This document shows positions 22,401 through 34,283 of a stretch of 64,000 nt of DNA, one piece after another. Made by a program: the position numbers and the translations under genes. The notes under the pieces are model-generated. The model was not told where the DNA came from and did no database searches. It was given only the letters and a program-made list of their open reading frames with translations. Position 1 is the stretch's first letter. Each line of letters opens with the position of its first letter. This DNA comes from Veleropilina oligotropha (lineage: Eukaryota): NCBI GenBank assembly GCA_048128005.1, contig JBEUKZ010000073.1:1-64000 (forward strand), written 5' to 3'.

Positions 22401-22961
22401 TTCACTTTCCAATTATAATCCAGGAAAGTGAGCCTGTAGGTGGATGCATGTATGTTGGCGATTTGGTAGTGTTAAATAGACACAGATTGTGTCTCCAAAT
22501 AAAGTCCTCTAGTTGATGTCCCCGTTTATCAGTGTCAGTACCGCCCCAATCGGTACTGTGGGCGTTAAAGTCACCACACAGTACGAATGGGGGCGGTAGC
22601 TGATTGATATCGTCAAGGTCAGTAGGATGTATGTTTATGCTAGGTGGTAAGTATACCGAGCAAATAGTTATTACTCCGTGAGTCGATATTTTCACCGCCA
22701 CTGCCTGGAAGTTGGGGTTTAAGTTGACCTGGCTGTGTGATGTTTTTTATTGTTGATTGACCCCCCCCCCCACCCTGTAGCCTTGTCACCTGTGGTGACA
22801 ATGTGATTATATAGTGAGTGATCTTTAATACGTATGTTGTCTGTGAGTTTCATGTAAATTTCATTGAGACAAAATGCTATTGGTTTGTGGTCTTGTATTA
22901 GTAAATTGATATCATCAATATTCGGTTTAATGCCTCTACAATTCCATTGTATTAGTGTCAT
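19445..22961 (-). pseudogene. LINE ORF2 (APE endonuclease, RT, RNase H), many frameshifts
   Basis: IQWNCRG, GDFNAH, YRPIALTS, FDLEKAYD, GVTQGS, FVDD, GNEKAD. Confidence 0.92.
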
Positions 22962-22984
22962 GTTGTGTTGTTGGTGTATTTATG

Positions 22985-23820
22985 TCAGTAATTCGTATAT
23001 AGTGCTTTGCTATAATTTACTACTTGCCTGGTGAAGTGCGGGCTTTTTTTAAGGTTTGGGATTGGCCGATCCAATGGTTTATGATCCAATGGTAGGGGTG
23101 GATCATCCACCACCTTGGTCTGTCGGTTTAGCTTGACTTTGGCTGCTGCTGCCTTCCTACCCTTCTCGGTAGCAGCAGCAACAATTTCCGCGGCAAGGTC
23201 ATTGAGAATAGTGTTAGGATCACTTTGGTCATCTGATGGTTCGATGGTATCCATCAGATGATCAAAACGATTATTTAGCTTAATTGTGGGTCCTCGGACC
23301 CTTTGGGCTGTCTGTCTGGCTTAATATTTATTCTCCTTGAGACTGCTGCTTTAGAAACAGCAGCAGTCTCTTTTGCAGAGTTGCAAGTAGACGGTTTATT
23401 TGAAGGTTTGATGGGTTTTGATGTTTGTGTTTGTGTTGATGATGATGATGCTAAATTGTTTCGAGATGGCAAAGTACGAAAAAAGCTTCGCCAATGGCCA
23501 GGTGATATCCGCTTGCGTGGAAGAGGATCGAGTGACTGGTCTCTGGTCCGTTGGTGGCAATTGCAGCATAGGATCTACCCGAAGTAGTCCTGGAATCAAC
23601 CAGTTTCCTAGCGTCGGGGAAAGAGATCCGGTCGATGGTTTGACCCTTTGGATCTCTTTCTCATGCTTCCACTTTGGGCAGTCCTTGGAGTAAGTGAAAT
23701 GCTTACCCCTGCAATTGCAACATAGATGTGCATTGGAGCAAGAGTCAGACCCGTGACCCTCCTCGCTGCAACGAGCACATTCAGAGTTTCTCTTACATCG
23801 GTCTTTGTGATGCCCAAATG
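22985..23820 (-). pseudogene. LINE ORF1 C-terminal part (zinc knuckles and low-complexity tail)
   Basis: FGHHKDRC..., CARCSEEGH, CCNCRGKH; continues at 33641. Confidence 0.8.
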
Positions 23821-24982
23821 TGTTGTGGATGTCAATGTCGTATAATGATGCATCCTATATTACTAACGTACCTGTATAATATTGTTGTATCAATCGCATT
23901 ACCAGTGAAGGATAGTGTTGTGGATGTCAATATCGTATAATGATGCATCCTATATTACTATCGTACCTGTATACCATTGTTGTATCAATTGCATTACCAG
24001 TGAAGGATTCGTTAGCATCCGAATTATATATATATGTAGCAAATACACGTAAAAATCGTGTAGTCTTATATTTCTTGGAACTGAACTAGCCGCCATTGTT
24101 ATTGACGTCGAAAACGAGGCTGCAATAATCCTGTGGTTGTTAACGTTAGCGTCATCTGTCGTTATGGATTAACGTCACAAAGAGGAAACGTCAGATGGAA
24201 TAATGATACGAGAGCGTTGTGGGTGAGTATAATAACGGGGAGATTAGACATAGAAGAGGGGGATAGGACGTGTTTCGGATTGTGGATCACAATTACGCTC
24301 TTGTAAGTATAGAGCATCAGGGAAATGACGACGCATTGATTGGATGGGAGTATAATACTCCAGTGAGTGACGGCGTAATGCCGCGGGTGTTGTTAATAGT
24401 TAATTAATTATACTGTTGGGTTATATCGACGGAGGGCGATTAACGTTGTTACTTTGGAGTGAATGCTCCACTTATCGTTGTAACATGTATAGTCCGAGGG
24501 CTGAATGCTCCATTTAGTATAATCAATGATAGGGTCCCGGGTGGGTGGATTTTAACGCACACACGCATGGAAGTGTAATACTTCGAGAGAGAAAAGATTC
24601 TCCAACATGTGTATATAAATAGACAAAGTAGAGGGCATGTTAAATAATACTACGTAGACAGTTTCAGATGGTTTAATAATAACACAGTACAGAATTGTAC
24701 AATCATTATATTATTATATGCAATACATTGACGGCGATCCAATCCGGAAATACCACACCAAGGCATCGGAGACGGATAATACTGCAATCACATTTTACTT
24801 CTGTATATAATGTAAATAAAGAGTGCTATTAGTAAGTTCACACAGGTGTTTGTCGCTACCATAATTTAGGCCTGTAAAGGAGAGCACAATTTACTATGTA
24901 TGCAGACACAGCTACCCATCCTCGGTGAAGTGACGCACTGGCTAGGGACTCGCGGGGTAGCTATAACAAATAATTCGCGACA
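23821..24982 (+). repeat. 5' LTR (1162 bp)
   Basis: TGTTGTG...CGCGACA; direct repeat of 32112-33353; internal 95-bp duplication at its start; AATAAA near 24816. Confidence 0.95.
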
Positions 24983-24983
24983 T

Positions 24984-25002
24984 TGGTGGCAGCGATGGGA
25001 TT
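24984..25002 (+). promoter_or_regulatory. Primer binding site, probably tRNA-Leu
   Basis: TGGTGGCAGCGATGGGATT one nt after the LTR, complementary to a tRNA-Leu-type 3' end. Confidence 0.8.
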
Positions 25003-25084
25003 ATCCCATTTGTAATTTGTGATTGTAGAACATTATATTATACCCGCCGAAATTTGATATTTGGTGCAACGCATTATTATAGAC

Positions 25085-27078
25085 ATGCTTCTGCGAAATA
25101 GAGCGGTAACCTCATCTGATACAAGGGTGCAGACTGGGGGTTCGACTGTTTCTTCCAATTCTAATAACTTCGACAGTCAGGGTGTAGTGTCCACGGATAG
25201 ACAGATTATCCAGGAAGAGAGACTTCCAAGTGTAATGGGTCAAGGTAATCCCCGGGAACCTGTTTCTTCTGAGTCACTTTTAACATCGACTCAGGACAGT
25301 TACGTGCCATATTCGAGTAGAGGTTGTATTAGTGCTACTGACAGTTCAATGATTACGACTTGGGGTTGTCAGTCCAGTGTACCGAGTTCAGGTGTTATCG
25401 AATGTGTAAATCGCGAAATGTCAGTCCCAGAGAGGCATGATCAAGATCATGTTGTAGGCCACAATTCGGTAAACCGAAATGAATCCGATGGTCAAACTCA
25501 AAGTCGCAATGACTCTTATCATTACTCAGAGAATCAAAATGATTCCAATGTTCACAATGACTCGTATCGTTATCCAGAGAATCGAAATGATTCCAAAGGT
25601 CAAACTCCAAGTCGCAATGACTTGTATCAATACTCTGAGAATCGAAATGATTCCAATGGTCGCAATGACTTGTATTGTTACTCAGAGAATCGAAATGATT
25701 CCAATTGTCAAACTCAAAGTCGTAATAACTTGTATCAATACTCAGAGAATCGAAATGATTCCAATTGTCAAACTCAAAGTCGCAATGACTTGTATCGTTA
25801 CTCGGAGAATCGAGATGATTCTAATGGTCAAGGTCGAAATGACTTGATTTGTTATCGTGAGAATCGCGAGAGGTCAAATAGTGTAGGCCAAGAGCGTCAT
25901 GACCTATATCGAGATATCAGAAATCATAATGACCTAGGAAATTTCTCGTCTAGTTATGAATGTAGTGGTCCCAATATGCAAGGCTTTCGCATGAACAGTA
26001 ATAGTTCCACGCCAGGCAGGTCTAACATTGATAGGGGATACTCAGAACCGTGTATTCGAAATAGAGTAAACTCCAACGACCGATTTTCATTTCATAACCA
26101 GGGTATAGGAAATAGCTCATCATCCTTTAACTCTCGGAAAGACGAACCACGATGTAGATTGCCTATTTATAGTGGTAAGGGTGAATGGTACTCCTTCCTG
26201 GTACAATTTGAGATAGTAGCCGAAAGATATAACTGGGATCTTCGCAAGCAAGCAGATGAAATCATTTTATGTTTGAGGGATGATGCTCAGTCATATGCCG
26301 CCCAACTACCGTACCAGGTGAGATGTAATTTAAATGCTTTGTGCGGGGAGATGGATAGACGATTTGGAGATCACACTCTCCCAGGCACATATAGGCGGAA
26401 TTTGATTAACATAAAGATATCCGGAGGTGAATCTTTTCAAAAATACGCCGCCCGCATCACAGAAATCGCTAGGAAAGCGTACCCAGGAATTAGTAGGGAA
26501 CTATTTCATAATCTCTGCATAGAACACATGTTAAATGGTATTCACGACCAAAGCGTGGCATATGATGTATTAACTAAGCAACCATCTACAGTGGATGAAG
26601 CTGTCAGCCTGTTGACCTGGCACCAATCGTGTAAGAGTGGAATGCGATCTAAGGGCATCGTAAGAAAAGTTATGTCTATGAATTCAGATACCCATGACGA
26701 CGATTATGAAGAGGACGTATTCCCTCCCAGAGTCAACCAAAAACAATTCGTGACAGAAGGCTACAGCAATTTGGTAGAGAATTAACCAAGAATATCACGG
26801 AAAATCTGAAGGAGGTAATCTCCAAAACACTCAAAGATTTCAACCCAGTCCGTTCAAGGGAAAAGGGAAACATTACTTGTTATGCTTGCCAGGAGGAAGG
26901 GCACTACAGCAGAGACTGCCCATTAGACCGACGTAGGAGAGACAAACAAGAGAAGAGGGATTGGCCCCCACGGGGTACATCACGCAAAACCACCAGTGAA
27001 ACAAGGCCCGAGAGGATGCCATTTGAGAGTAGAGGACAAGAGTCCACCTTGAAAACCGGCATTAATTCGTTAAACTAG
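25085..27078 (+). pseudogene. gag: Gypsy gag with one frameshift near 26760
   Basis: Capsid-like region (YSGKGEWYSFLVQFE...); continues in a shifted frame LQQFGRELT... to CYACQEEGHYSRDC knuckle, stop TAG 27076-27078; internal 48/60-nt repeats at 25470-25900. Confidence 0.88.
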
Positions 27079-30000
27079 AAGGGGCTGGTCCTGTCGACCA
27101 AGTCTCAGCCCGCTCTACTGAAGGAATTATTATTAAGGACAATGTGAATGCGGAAATGGGAGAGCAGAATAAAGAAGTCAAATTGAAGGACAATGACTCA
27201 ACTCTTGATCCAAGTGAAAGCATAGTTGTCGAGCATAATACCGATATAAGTACGGATAATGTCACATCCAGTGATGTGAAGGTCGAAGCACTGAAATGTG
27301 AGGAATCAGGCTATAGGAGGGAACTGGTAGTAGACCGGGTACGAGCGGTCACTATTCTAGCACCAATCACTGTACAGGGACAAAAGGTCAAAGCTGTCAT
27401 TGATACAGGTGCGGCGGTAACAGTCATAAGTGAATCCAGATATAACCGGATACCTGTGCAGGATAGGCCAGTGCTTCGACAAGCTCCAAGAAGTTTAGTC
27501 GTAGCTGAAGCTGGAAAAAAGATGTCTACACATGGTATAGCGGATTTTGTATTGAACATAGGTGAGGAAAGTTTCACGTGGGTGATGTACGTGGCACCTA
27601 TTAGAGATGACCTGCTGCTGGGCTGCGATGTAATTGATGAGAAGGATATTACAATTAGCACCAAAAGAGGCATCGAAATTAATGGAAAATGGATTGACTG
27701 TGAAGTTATACGGGCATATGAAAACGTTGCCAGAGTAGTAGTGGACGAAACTATTACCATCCCTGCCTTATCCGAGATGATTATAGGAGGTCGAAGTGAA
27801 AATGCCGAAAACATTGATAGCCGTTACTCGATGATCGAACCGATATGCGATAATAGAAAAATTATTATTGCTCGTTCCTTGGTAGATCCCTTTAAAATAA
27901 TAATTCCTGTTAGAATTGTTAACATGGACACTTTCCCAATAAAGTTGAAGAAAAACTACTTGATTGGAGAATTACATCCCGTGATGCAATTTGATGAAGT
28001 ACTGGACAAGGTGGGGCATCCGAGGGATTATACGACTCATTTGGCATCCCTTCGGAGGAATTTATCTTCAAAAGAGTCCAGTAATGAAGAAAACGGTATT
28101 AAAATCAACATGGTGGGGGAAGACGATACAGTACCGGCATGTGCACCAGACATACCAGTTGATTGGAAAAGAAAGGACTCTATCTATGGGAATAAGGTCG
28201 ATATTCCTGAAGTACCAGAACACCTTTTGGATCTCTTTAAAAGAAGCTGTGAGAAAATAGTAAACTTCAAATATAAAAGAAAGCTGGCTGATGTTTTACG
28301 AAAAAACCAAGATGCGTTTGCAAAAGATAAATTAGATCTGGGAAGGTGTTCATTAGTTCAGCATAAAATAGATACGGCTTGTGCTGCACCAATAAGACAA
28401 CCTTTAAGACGTACACCACAAGGTTTCGAAGCGGAAGAGGAGAAATATCTGAAGGAGCAGATCGATGCCGGGATAATCAAGACTTCCAAATCCGCATGGG
28501 CTTCTCCCGTTGTTTTAGTTCGAAAAAAAGATGGCTCGGTGCGGTGGTGTTGCGATTATCGAAAACTTAACGAGTGTACAGTTAAAGATGCTTATCCACT
28601 CCCTCGCATTGATATGTGCTTAGATTGTTTGTCTTCAGCAGCGATATTCTCCACAATGGATCTGCAGAGTGGATACTGGCAGTTAGAATTGGCAGAGCAA
28701 GATCGTCCAAAGACCGCATTTATCACTAAATATGGTCTTTGGGAATATACCAAGATGCCTTTTGGTTTATGCAATGCTCCTTCTACATTTCAGCGTTGTA
28801 TGGAGCTCATTTTCCGAGGAATGCAGTGGAGCACATTGTTGATTTACTTGGATGACATAATTTTGTTTAGCTCCAACATGGATGAGCATCTGGACAAGCT
28901 TGATGAAGTTCTGTCAAAGCTTCACGCAGTTGGTCTCAAACTTAAGCCATCAAAATGCGATTTTGCGAAATCAGAGGTTTTGTATTTAGGGCATGTAGTT
29001 GGTTCTGATGGTCTAAAACCCAAACCTAAAATTATCGAGTCAGTAAATAATTGGAAGAGTCCGACGTCTGTCAAGGAAGTTCAACAGTTTCTGGGTCTTT
29101 GCAATTACTATAGGCGTTTTATATATCACTTTAGCGATGTCGCATCCTGTTTAACGCAGTTGACTCGAAAGGATGTGGTTTTCCAATGGACTGAAGACTG
29201 TGAGAAGCAATTCAACCTTTTGAAAGAAGTATTATGCAAAGCCCCAATTTTGGCATATCCTAAGAATAAGGAGAAATTCATTTTAGATACGGATGCTTCT
29301 AATGTTGGGATTGGAGCAGTTTTATCACAGATTCATGATGGAAGCGAAAGAGTTATAGCCTACGCTTCAAAGAAACTTGACCGACACCAGCAGAGATACA
29401 GCGTCACGCGACGAGAATTATTAGCTGTTATCACTTTTGTCAATCAGTTTAAGCATTACTACCTGTTGGGTCAAAAATTTCTACTGAGAACCGATCATGG
29501 GTCACTTCGTTGGATGTTCAACTTTAAGGATCCGCAAGGACAATTAGCCAGGTGGTTAGAGGTGTTGTCCCAATATGACTTTGACATTCAGCATAGAGAA
29601 GGAAAAAAACATCAAAATGCAGATGCCCTTTCCCGAAAAGATGATGGTGTTTTGTGCATTCACCAGAAAAACAACAGTTCAAGTGCGGAATGCACTACAT
29701 GTCGTGAACTTGAACAGGATTGGACAAGTTTTAAAAATGATATAGATGACGTTGTTCCACTAGGAGTTACGAACGTCGGCGACCTTGATAACCCTAAACA
29801 TGGAGTCAGGGTAGTTTCGTCGACAACAAAATTATCTGTTAAGAGTAACTGGCTTCAAACGTATACCATGAAAGAGATCTCAATATTTCAAAGAGAAGAT
29901 GATAATATTGGTCCTCTATTCAAGTGGCATGAGAAAGATTCTCTACCAACCCGAGATGAAGTTGCAAGTTTCAGCCCAGCGACGAGAAAGTTTTGGTTAA

Positions 30001-31181
30001 ATTGGGTAAATGTAATATTTCAAGACGGTGTATGCTATCAGAGAAGGCTGTCATCTTCAAAAGCACATGGAAACCGGATGCAATTATTAGTCCCACGAGT
30101 GCTTCGGCAGGAAATTCTATCTAACTGTCATAACTCGGTGTTTGCTGGGCATTCAGGTATTCACAAGACGGAACAGGTAATCAAACAACATTACTACTGG
30201 TATCGAATGGGTGAAGATGTTAGACTTCATGTACAACGATGTGTCACCTGTAACAAATGGAAAGCTGCAGCAGGAAAACCAAAAGTCCCTTTAACGAATT
30301 ATAGAGTTGGATATCCAATGGATCGTATTGGGATTGATGTTATTGGACCACTACCTCGATCTCGGAAAAATAATAAGTATATTTTGGTAGTAGGGGACTA
30401 CTTTACCAGATGGATGGAGGCATTTCCAATTCCTCACCAAAGAGCTGAAAAGGTTGCAGAAAAGATAGTAAAAGAATTTGTTACCCGTTTCGGAACACCG
30501 TTAGAGATTCACAGTGATCAAGGCTCTAATTTCGAGAGTGATCTTTTCAAAGAAGTTTGCAAGCTTTTGCAGGTTACGAAGACAAGAACGACACCTTACC
30601 ATCCTTCATCAAATGGGCTCATTGAGAGATTCAATCAAACTCTCCAGAAGATGATAAGAAGCTATGTTGCCAACAACCCCAAAGAATGGGATACCTATAT
30701 TGAAATCTTAATGGCCGCCTACAGAAGTACCATTCACCCAGCCACTGGATTCAGTCCCAATATGATGATGATGGGTAGAGAAGTTAATATTCCCATTAAC
30801 ATAATATACCCCCTACCAAAGGAGGAATCTCCCCAAAATGGTATAGAATATGTAGCTAATCTAAGAGAAAAAATGGAAGAAATGTACAAGATAGCTAGAG
30901 AGAATTTAGGTAAAGCTGCTAACAGGCAGAAGATAGATTACGATTCTCGCATATGGGAAAATAGCTATAGCCTAGGGTCGCTGGTTTATAAGTTGAAACC
31001 ATATCACAGAAAGTTCGAACCTCCATGGTCGGGACCGTACGTAGTCGTTGCTATCAAAAGTCCTTCTGTATACAAGATACAACACAAGAGTAAAATGGAA
31101 GTGGTTCATCATGATCGACTGAAGCCATGCTATATTCCAGATTTGCCGAAGTGGGTAAAAAATCTAAAATTAGATGATTAA
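27066..31181 (+). CDS. pol: Gypsy pol polyprotein (protease, RT, RNase H, integrase), uninterrupted
   Basis: IDTGA, YLDD, LDTDAS, HHCC zinc finger, GIDVIGP/HSDQG/IERFN, WSGPY. Confidence 0.97.
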   Translation, partial: FVKLEGAGPVDQVSARSTEGIIIKDNVNAEMGEQNKEVKLKDNDSTLDPSESIVVEHNTDISTDNVTSSDVKVEALKCEESGYRRELVVDRVRAVTILAPITVQGQKVKAVIDTGAAVTVISESRYNRIPVQDRPVLRQAPRSLVVAEAGKKMSTHGIADFVLNIGEESFTWVMYVAPIRDDLLLGCDVIDEKDITISTKRGIEINGKWIDCEVIRAYENVARVVVDETITIPALSEMIIGGRSENAENIDSRYSMIEPICDNRKIIIARSLVDPFKIIIPVRIVNMDTFPIKLKKNYLIGELHPVMQFDEVLDKVGHPRDYTTHLASLRRNLSSKESSNEENGIKINMVGEDDTVPACAPDIPVDWKRKDSIYGNKVDIPEVPEHLLDLFKRSCEKIVNFKYKRKLADVLRKNQDAFAKDKLDLGRCSLVQHKIDTACAAPIRQPLRRTPQGFEAEEEKYLKEQIDAGIIKTSKSAWASPVVLVRKKDGSVRWCCDYRKLNECTVKDAYPLPRIDMCLDCLSSAAIFSTMDLQSGYWQLELAEQDRPKTAFITKYGLWEYTKMPFGLCNAPSTFQRCMELIFRGMQWSTLLIYLDDIILFSSNMDEHLDKLDEVLSKLHAVGLKLKPSKCDFAKSEVLYLGHVVGSDGLKPKPKIIESVNNWKSPTSVKEVQQFLGLCNYYRRFIYHFSDVASCLTQLTRKDVVFQWTEDCEKQFNLLKEVLCKAPILAYPKNKEKFILDTDASNVGIGAVLSQIHDGSERVIAYASKKLDRHQQRYSVTRRELLAVITFVNQFKHYYLLGQKFLLRTDHGSLRWMFNFKDPQGQLARWLEVLSQYDFDIQHREGKKHQNADALSRKDDGVLCIHQKNNSSSAECTTCRELEQDWTSFKNDIDDVVPLGVTNVGDLDNPKHGVRVVSSTTKLSVKSNWLQTYTMKEISIFQREDDNIGPLFKWHEKDSLPTRDEVASFSPATRKFWLNWVNVIFQDGVCYQRRLSSSKAHGNRMQLLVPRVLRQEILSNCHNSVFAGHSGIHKTEQVIKQHYYWYRMGEDVRLHVQRCVTCNKWKAAAGKPKVPLTNYRVGYPMDRIGIDVIGPLPRSRKNNKYILVVGDYFTRWMEAFPIPHQRAEKVAEKIVKEFVTRFGTPLEIHSDQGSNFESDLFKEVCKLLQVTKTRTTPYHPSSNGLIERFNQTLQKMIRSYVANNPKEWDTYIEILMAAYRSTIHPATGFSPNMMMMGREVNIPINIIYPLPKEESPQNGIEYVANLREKMEEMYKIARENLGKAANRQKIDYDSRIWENSYSLGSLVYKLKPYHRKFEPPWSGPYVVVAIKSPSVYKIQHKSKMEVVHHDRLKPCYIPDLPKWVKNLKLDD
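27069..27111 (+). promoter_or_regulatory. Putative -1 programmed ribosomal frameshift signal (gag-pol)
   Basis: G TTA AAC just before the gag stop; pol is in the -1 frame, open from 27066; 6-nt spacer then stem GGGCTG/CAGCCC. Confidence 0.75.
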
Positions 31182-31210
31182 ATGTTGATATTGTCCACAT
31201 TGCATGAAAC

Positions 31211-31261
<51 letters not shown>

Positions 31262-31291
31262 ACTTAGCAGTTATTTGTATTTCGATTTAGA

Positions 31292-32000
31292 ATGATGATC
31301 TTCCAATGTAGCAAGTGCACCTACGAAGCAAGGTCGAAAAACCAAGCTAGGCACCACTTCGTAGGATGCCACCTGAAATTGTCCGAGGCACCATACTACT
31401 GTGCCCTATGTAAATACATGTGTCTCGGACAATCGAGTTTAAAGAGTCATGTTCGGGGCTACAAAGCCCATCTTGAAAAGAAGTCTGTGTGCCCGGCAGC
31501 AAGGGACGAGGAGTTTTTTAAGAGGGGCAGCCACCCCCACTTCATTTCCATTGGGGTGGCTCATCATCACGACATAATCATCATCAGAGAAACGAAACCG
31601 GGAGCCTTGATCAGCGTAAAATTAGTAGAAGAATGTACGTTGGAAGTAGAGAAGGATACGGTAGATTATAGAAGACGAGGAGAAAGAAGAAGATTTTGTT
31701 CCGGATTACCAGGAGGAGATAGAGGATGCAGAAGAAGTAAGAGGTTTAAAGAGGAAGTTGGTGGAGTTGGAAGAGGCGATGAAGGAGAGTGGAATAAAGT
31801 TCGGGAAGTTCGTAGGAAGATTGGAGGAGAAGATGACGAGGAAGGAGGATAGGATTGAAATTTTAGAGAGAAGTTTGAAAGAGGAAAGAGGTAGAATTGG
31901 GATAGTTTGGGAAGATTATGGGTTTGATGAGATGTGGCAGGAGCCGAAATCAGTGAGGAGTGTGGTGGTTAAAGTTAGTGGGAAGAGGGGTAGGATTTAA
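31292..32000 (+). pseudogene. Gypsy extra ORF3: two C2H2-type zinc fingers plus acidic/coiled-coil tail, one frameshift near 31667
   Basis: CSKC...HHFVGCH and CALC...SHVRGYKAH; preceded by a TTTAG acceptor-like site; the shifted frame gives IEDEEKEEDFVPDY...LERSLKEERG. Confidence 0.65.
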
Positions 32001-32098
32001 AATGTGTTAGTAGTAAGGGGGTTACTTGAGATTCATTGTTCATTTTTTTTAATTATATTTCCACTTTTGTAATTCATTTCGTCGACGAAATGTTGTCT

Positions 32099-32111
32099 AA
32101 AGGGAGGGTAG
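32099..32111 (+). promoter_or_regulatory. Polypurine tract
   Basis: AAAGGGAGGGTAG immediately before the second LTR. Confidence 0.85.
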
Positions 32112-33353
32112 TGTTTTGGGTGTCAATGTCGTATAATGATGCATCCTATATTACTAACGTACCTGTATAATATTGTTGTATCAATCGCATTACCAGTGAA
32201 GGATAGTGTTGTGGATGTCAATATCGTATAATGATGCATCCTATATTACTATCGTACCTGTATACCATTGTTTTATCAATCGCATTACCAGTGAAGGATT
32301 CGTTAGCATCCGAATTATATATATATGTAGCAAATACACGTAAAAATCGTGTAGTCTTATATTTCTTGGAACTGAACTAGCCACCATTGTTATTGACGTC
32401 GAAAACGAGGCTGCAATAATCCTGTGGTTGTTAACGTTAGCGTCATCTGTCGTTATGGATTAACGTCACAATGAGGAAACGTCAGATGGAATAATGATAC
32501 GAGAGCGTTGTGGATGAGTATAATAACGGGGAGATTAGACATAGAAGAGGGGGATAGGACGTGTTTCGGATTGTGGATCACAATTACGCTCTTGTAAGTA
32601 TAGAGCGTCAGGGAAATGACGACGCATTGATTGGATGGGAGTATAATACTCCAGTGAGTGACGGCGTAATGCCGCGGGTGTTGTTAATAGTTAATTAGTT
32701 ATACTGTTGGGTTATATCGATGGAGGGCGATTAACGTTGTTACTTTGGAGTGAATGCTCCACTTATCGTTGTAACATGTATAATCCGAGGGCTGAATGCT
32801 CCATTTAGTATAATCAATGATAGGGGTGGGTGGATTTTAACGCACACACGCATGGAAGTTAGATAGATAGATAGATATTTATTTTCCATTTTACAGAAGG
32901 GTTTTACAAAATTTAATACAATACAATAAATATATAGTAAAACGTGTAATACTTCGAGAGAGAAAAGATTCTCCAACATGTGTATATAAATAGACAAAGT
33001 AGAGGGCATGTTAAATAATACTACGTAGACAGCTTCAGATGGTTTAATAATAACACAGTACAGAATTGTACAATCATTATATTATTATATGCAATACATT
33101 GCCGGCGATCCAATCCGGAAATACCACACCAAGGCATCGGAGACGGATAATGCTGCAATCACATTTTACTTCTGTATATAATGTAAATAAAGAGTGATAT
33201 TAGTAAGTTCACACAGGTGTTTGTCGCTACCATAATTTAGGCCTGTAAAGGAGAGCACAATTTACTATGTATGCAGACACAGCTACCCGTCCTCGGTGAA
33301 GTGACGCACTGGCTAGGGACTCGCGGGGTAGCTAGAACAAATAATTCGCGACA
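32112..33353 (+). repeat. Second LTR, with an 84-bp insertion at 32860-32943
   Basis: Matches the 5' LTR apart from roughly 17 substitutions (counted by eye), a small deletion and a (TAGA)n-led insert. Confidence 0.95.
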
Positions 33354-33640
33354 TTGGTGGAAGCGATGGGATTACCCCATTTGTAATTTTTGATTGTAGA
33401 ACATTATATTATACCCGCCGAAATTTGATATTTGGTGCAACGCATTATTATAGACATGCTTCTGCGAAATAGAGCGGTAACCTCATCTGATACAAGGGTG
33501 CAGACTGGGGGTTCGACTGTTTCTTCCAATTCTAATAACTTCGACAGTCAGGGTGTAGTGTCCACGGATAGACAGATTATCCAGGAAGAGAGACTTCCAA
33601 GTGTAATGGGTCAAGGTAATCCCCGGGAAACTGTTTCTTC

Positions 33641-34283
33641 CTGGCATTTGAAGCATCTCAAGGGGTTCTGTATGTAGGGTCCACAGGGCTGTTGAAGTAA
33701 CCAGCTTTCACAGATTTTGGAAGCACTGGAAGGCTGAAATACAAGATGGTGTTGATGGGCACCCTTTCCCCATCCTTGGACATGGTCAGGCGTGCAACCT
33801 TGGTCACAACCTGACTCCTCATGCCTTCCAGTAGTTCTAGTTCACTGCATCCCTGCAGATCCTTAGACCTAATTACTCCTTTGAAGGTGTTCAAAGACCG
33901 ATGCGGTCGAATGTCAACGGGGATATTAACAAAGTTTGTAGTTCTCAAGAGATTCTCTGCATGGCTCTTCCTGGCGCATTTAACCAGCAGGGTGCCATCT
34001 AGAAGTTTTTTGATGGGTCTCGGTTCGCCAGCCAGGCCAAGAATGGCCTTGGAAATGGCGAACGGACTCAGAGATGTAATCGTAGTGTTATTTTGATATT
34101 CCACCGTCAAAAAACGGGGCCAACTTTCCGGTATAGGTGGACGGTCAGGCTGATATGGAGCCTCCATGTCAGGATCAAAAGGAATCTACCGGAAAGCGGC
34201 CATAAATTTAGCATCTTCATCATCAGAATCGAGCGGTATATCTCTTCGACGTTAAATGCATGAGTATGTAGTTTCTGTGCCAT
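33641..34283 (-). pseudogene. LINE family A ORF1 N-terminal part
   Basis: WPRFLTVE...SPFAISKAI...PHRSLNTFKGVI...RCFKCQ, which joins FGH at 23820. Confidence 0.88.

Larger units (their letters stand above)
23821..33640 (+). mobile_element. Ty3/Gypsy LTR retrotransposon (LTR-gag-pol-ORF3-LTR plus partial second unit)
   Basis: TG...CA LTRs, PBS, PPT, and PR-RT-RH-IN domain order. Confidence 0.97.

Noticed and set aside
31292..32000. env gene
   Set aside because: No signal peptide, furin site or transmembrane anchor; it has zinc fingers instead.
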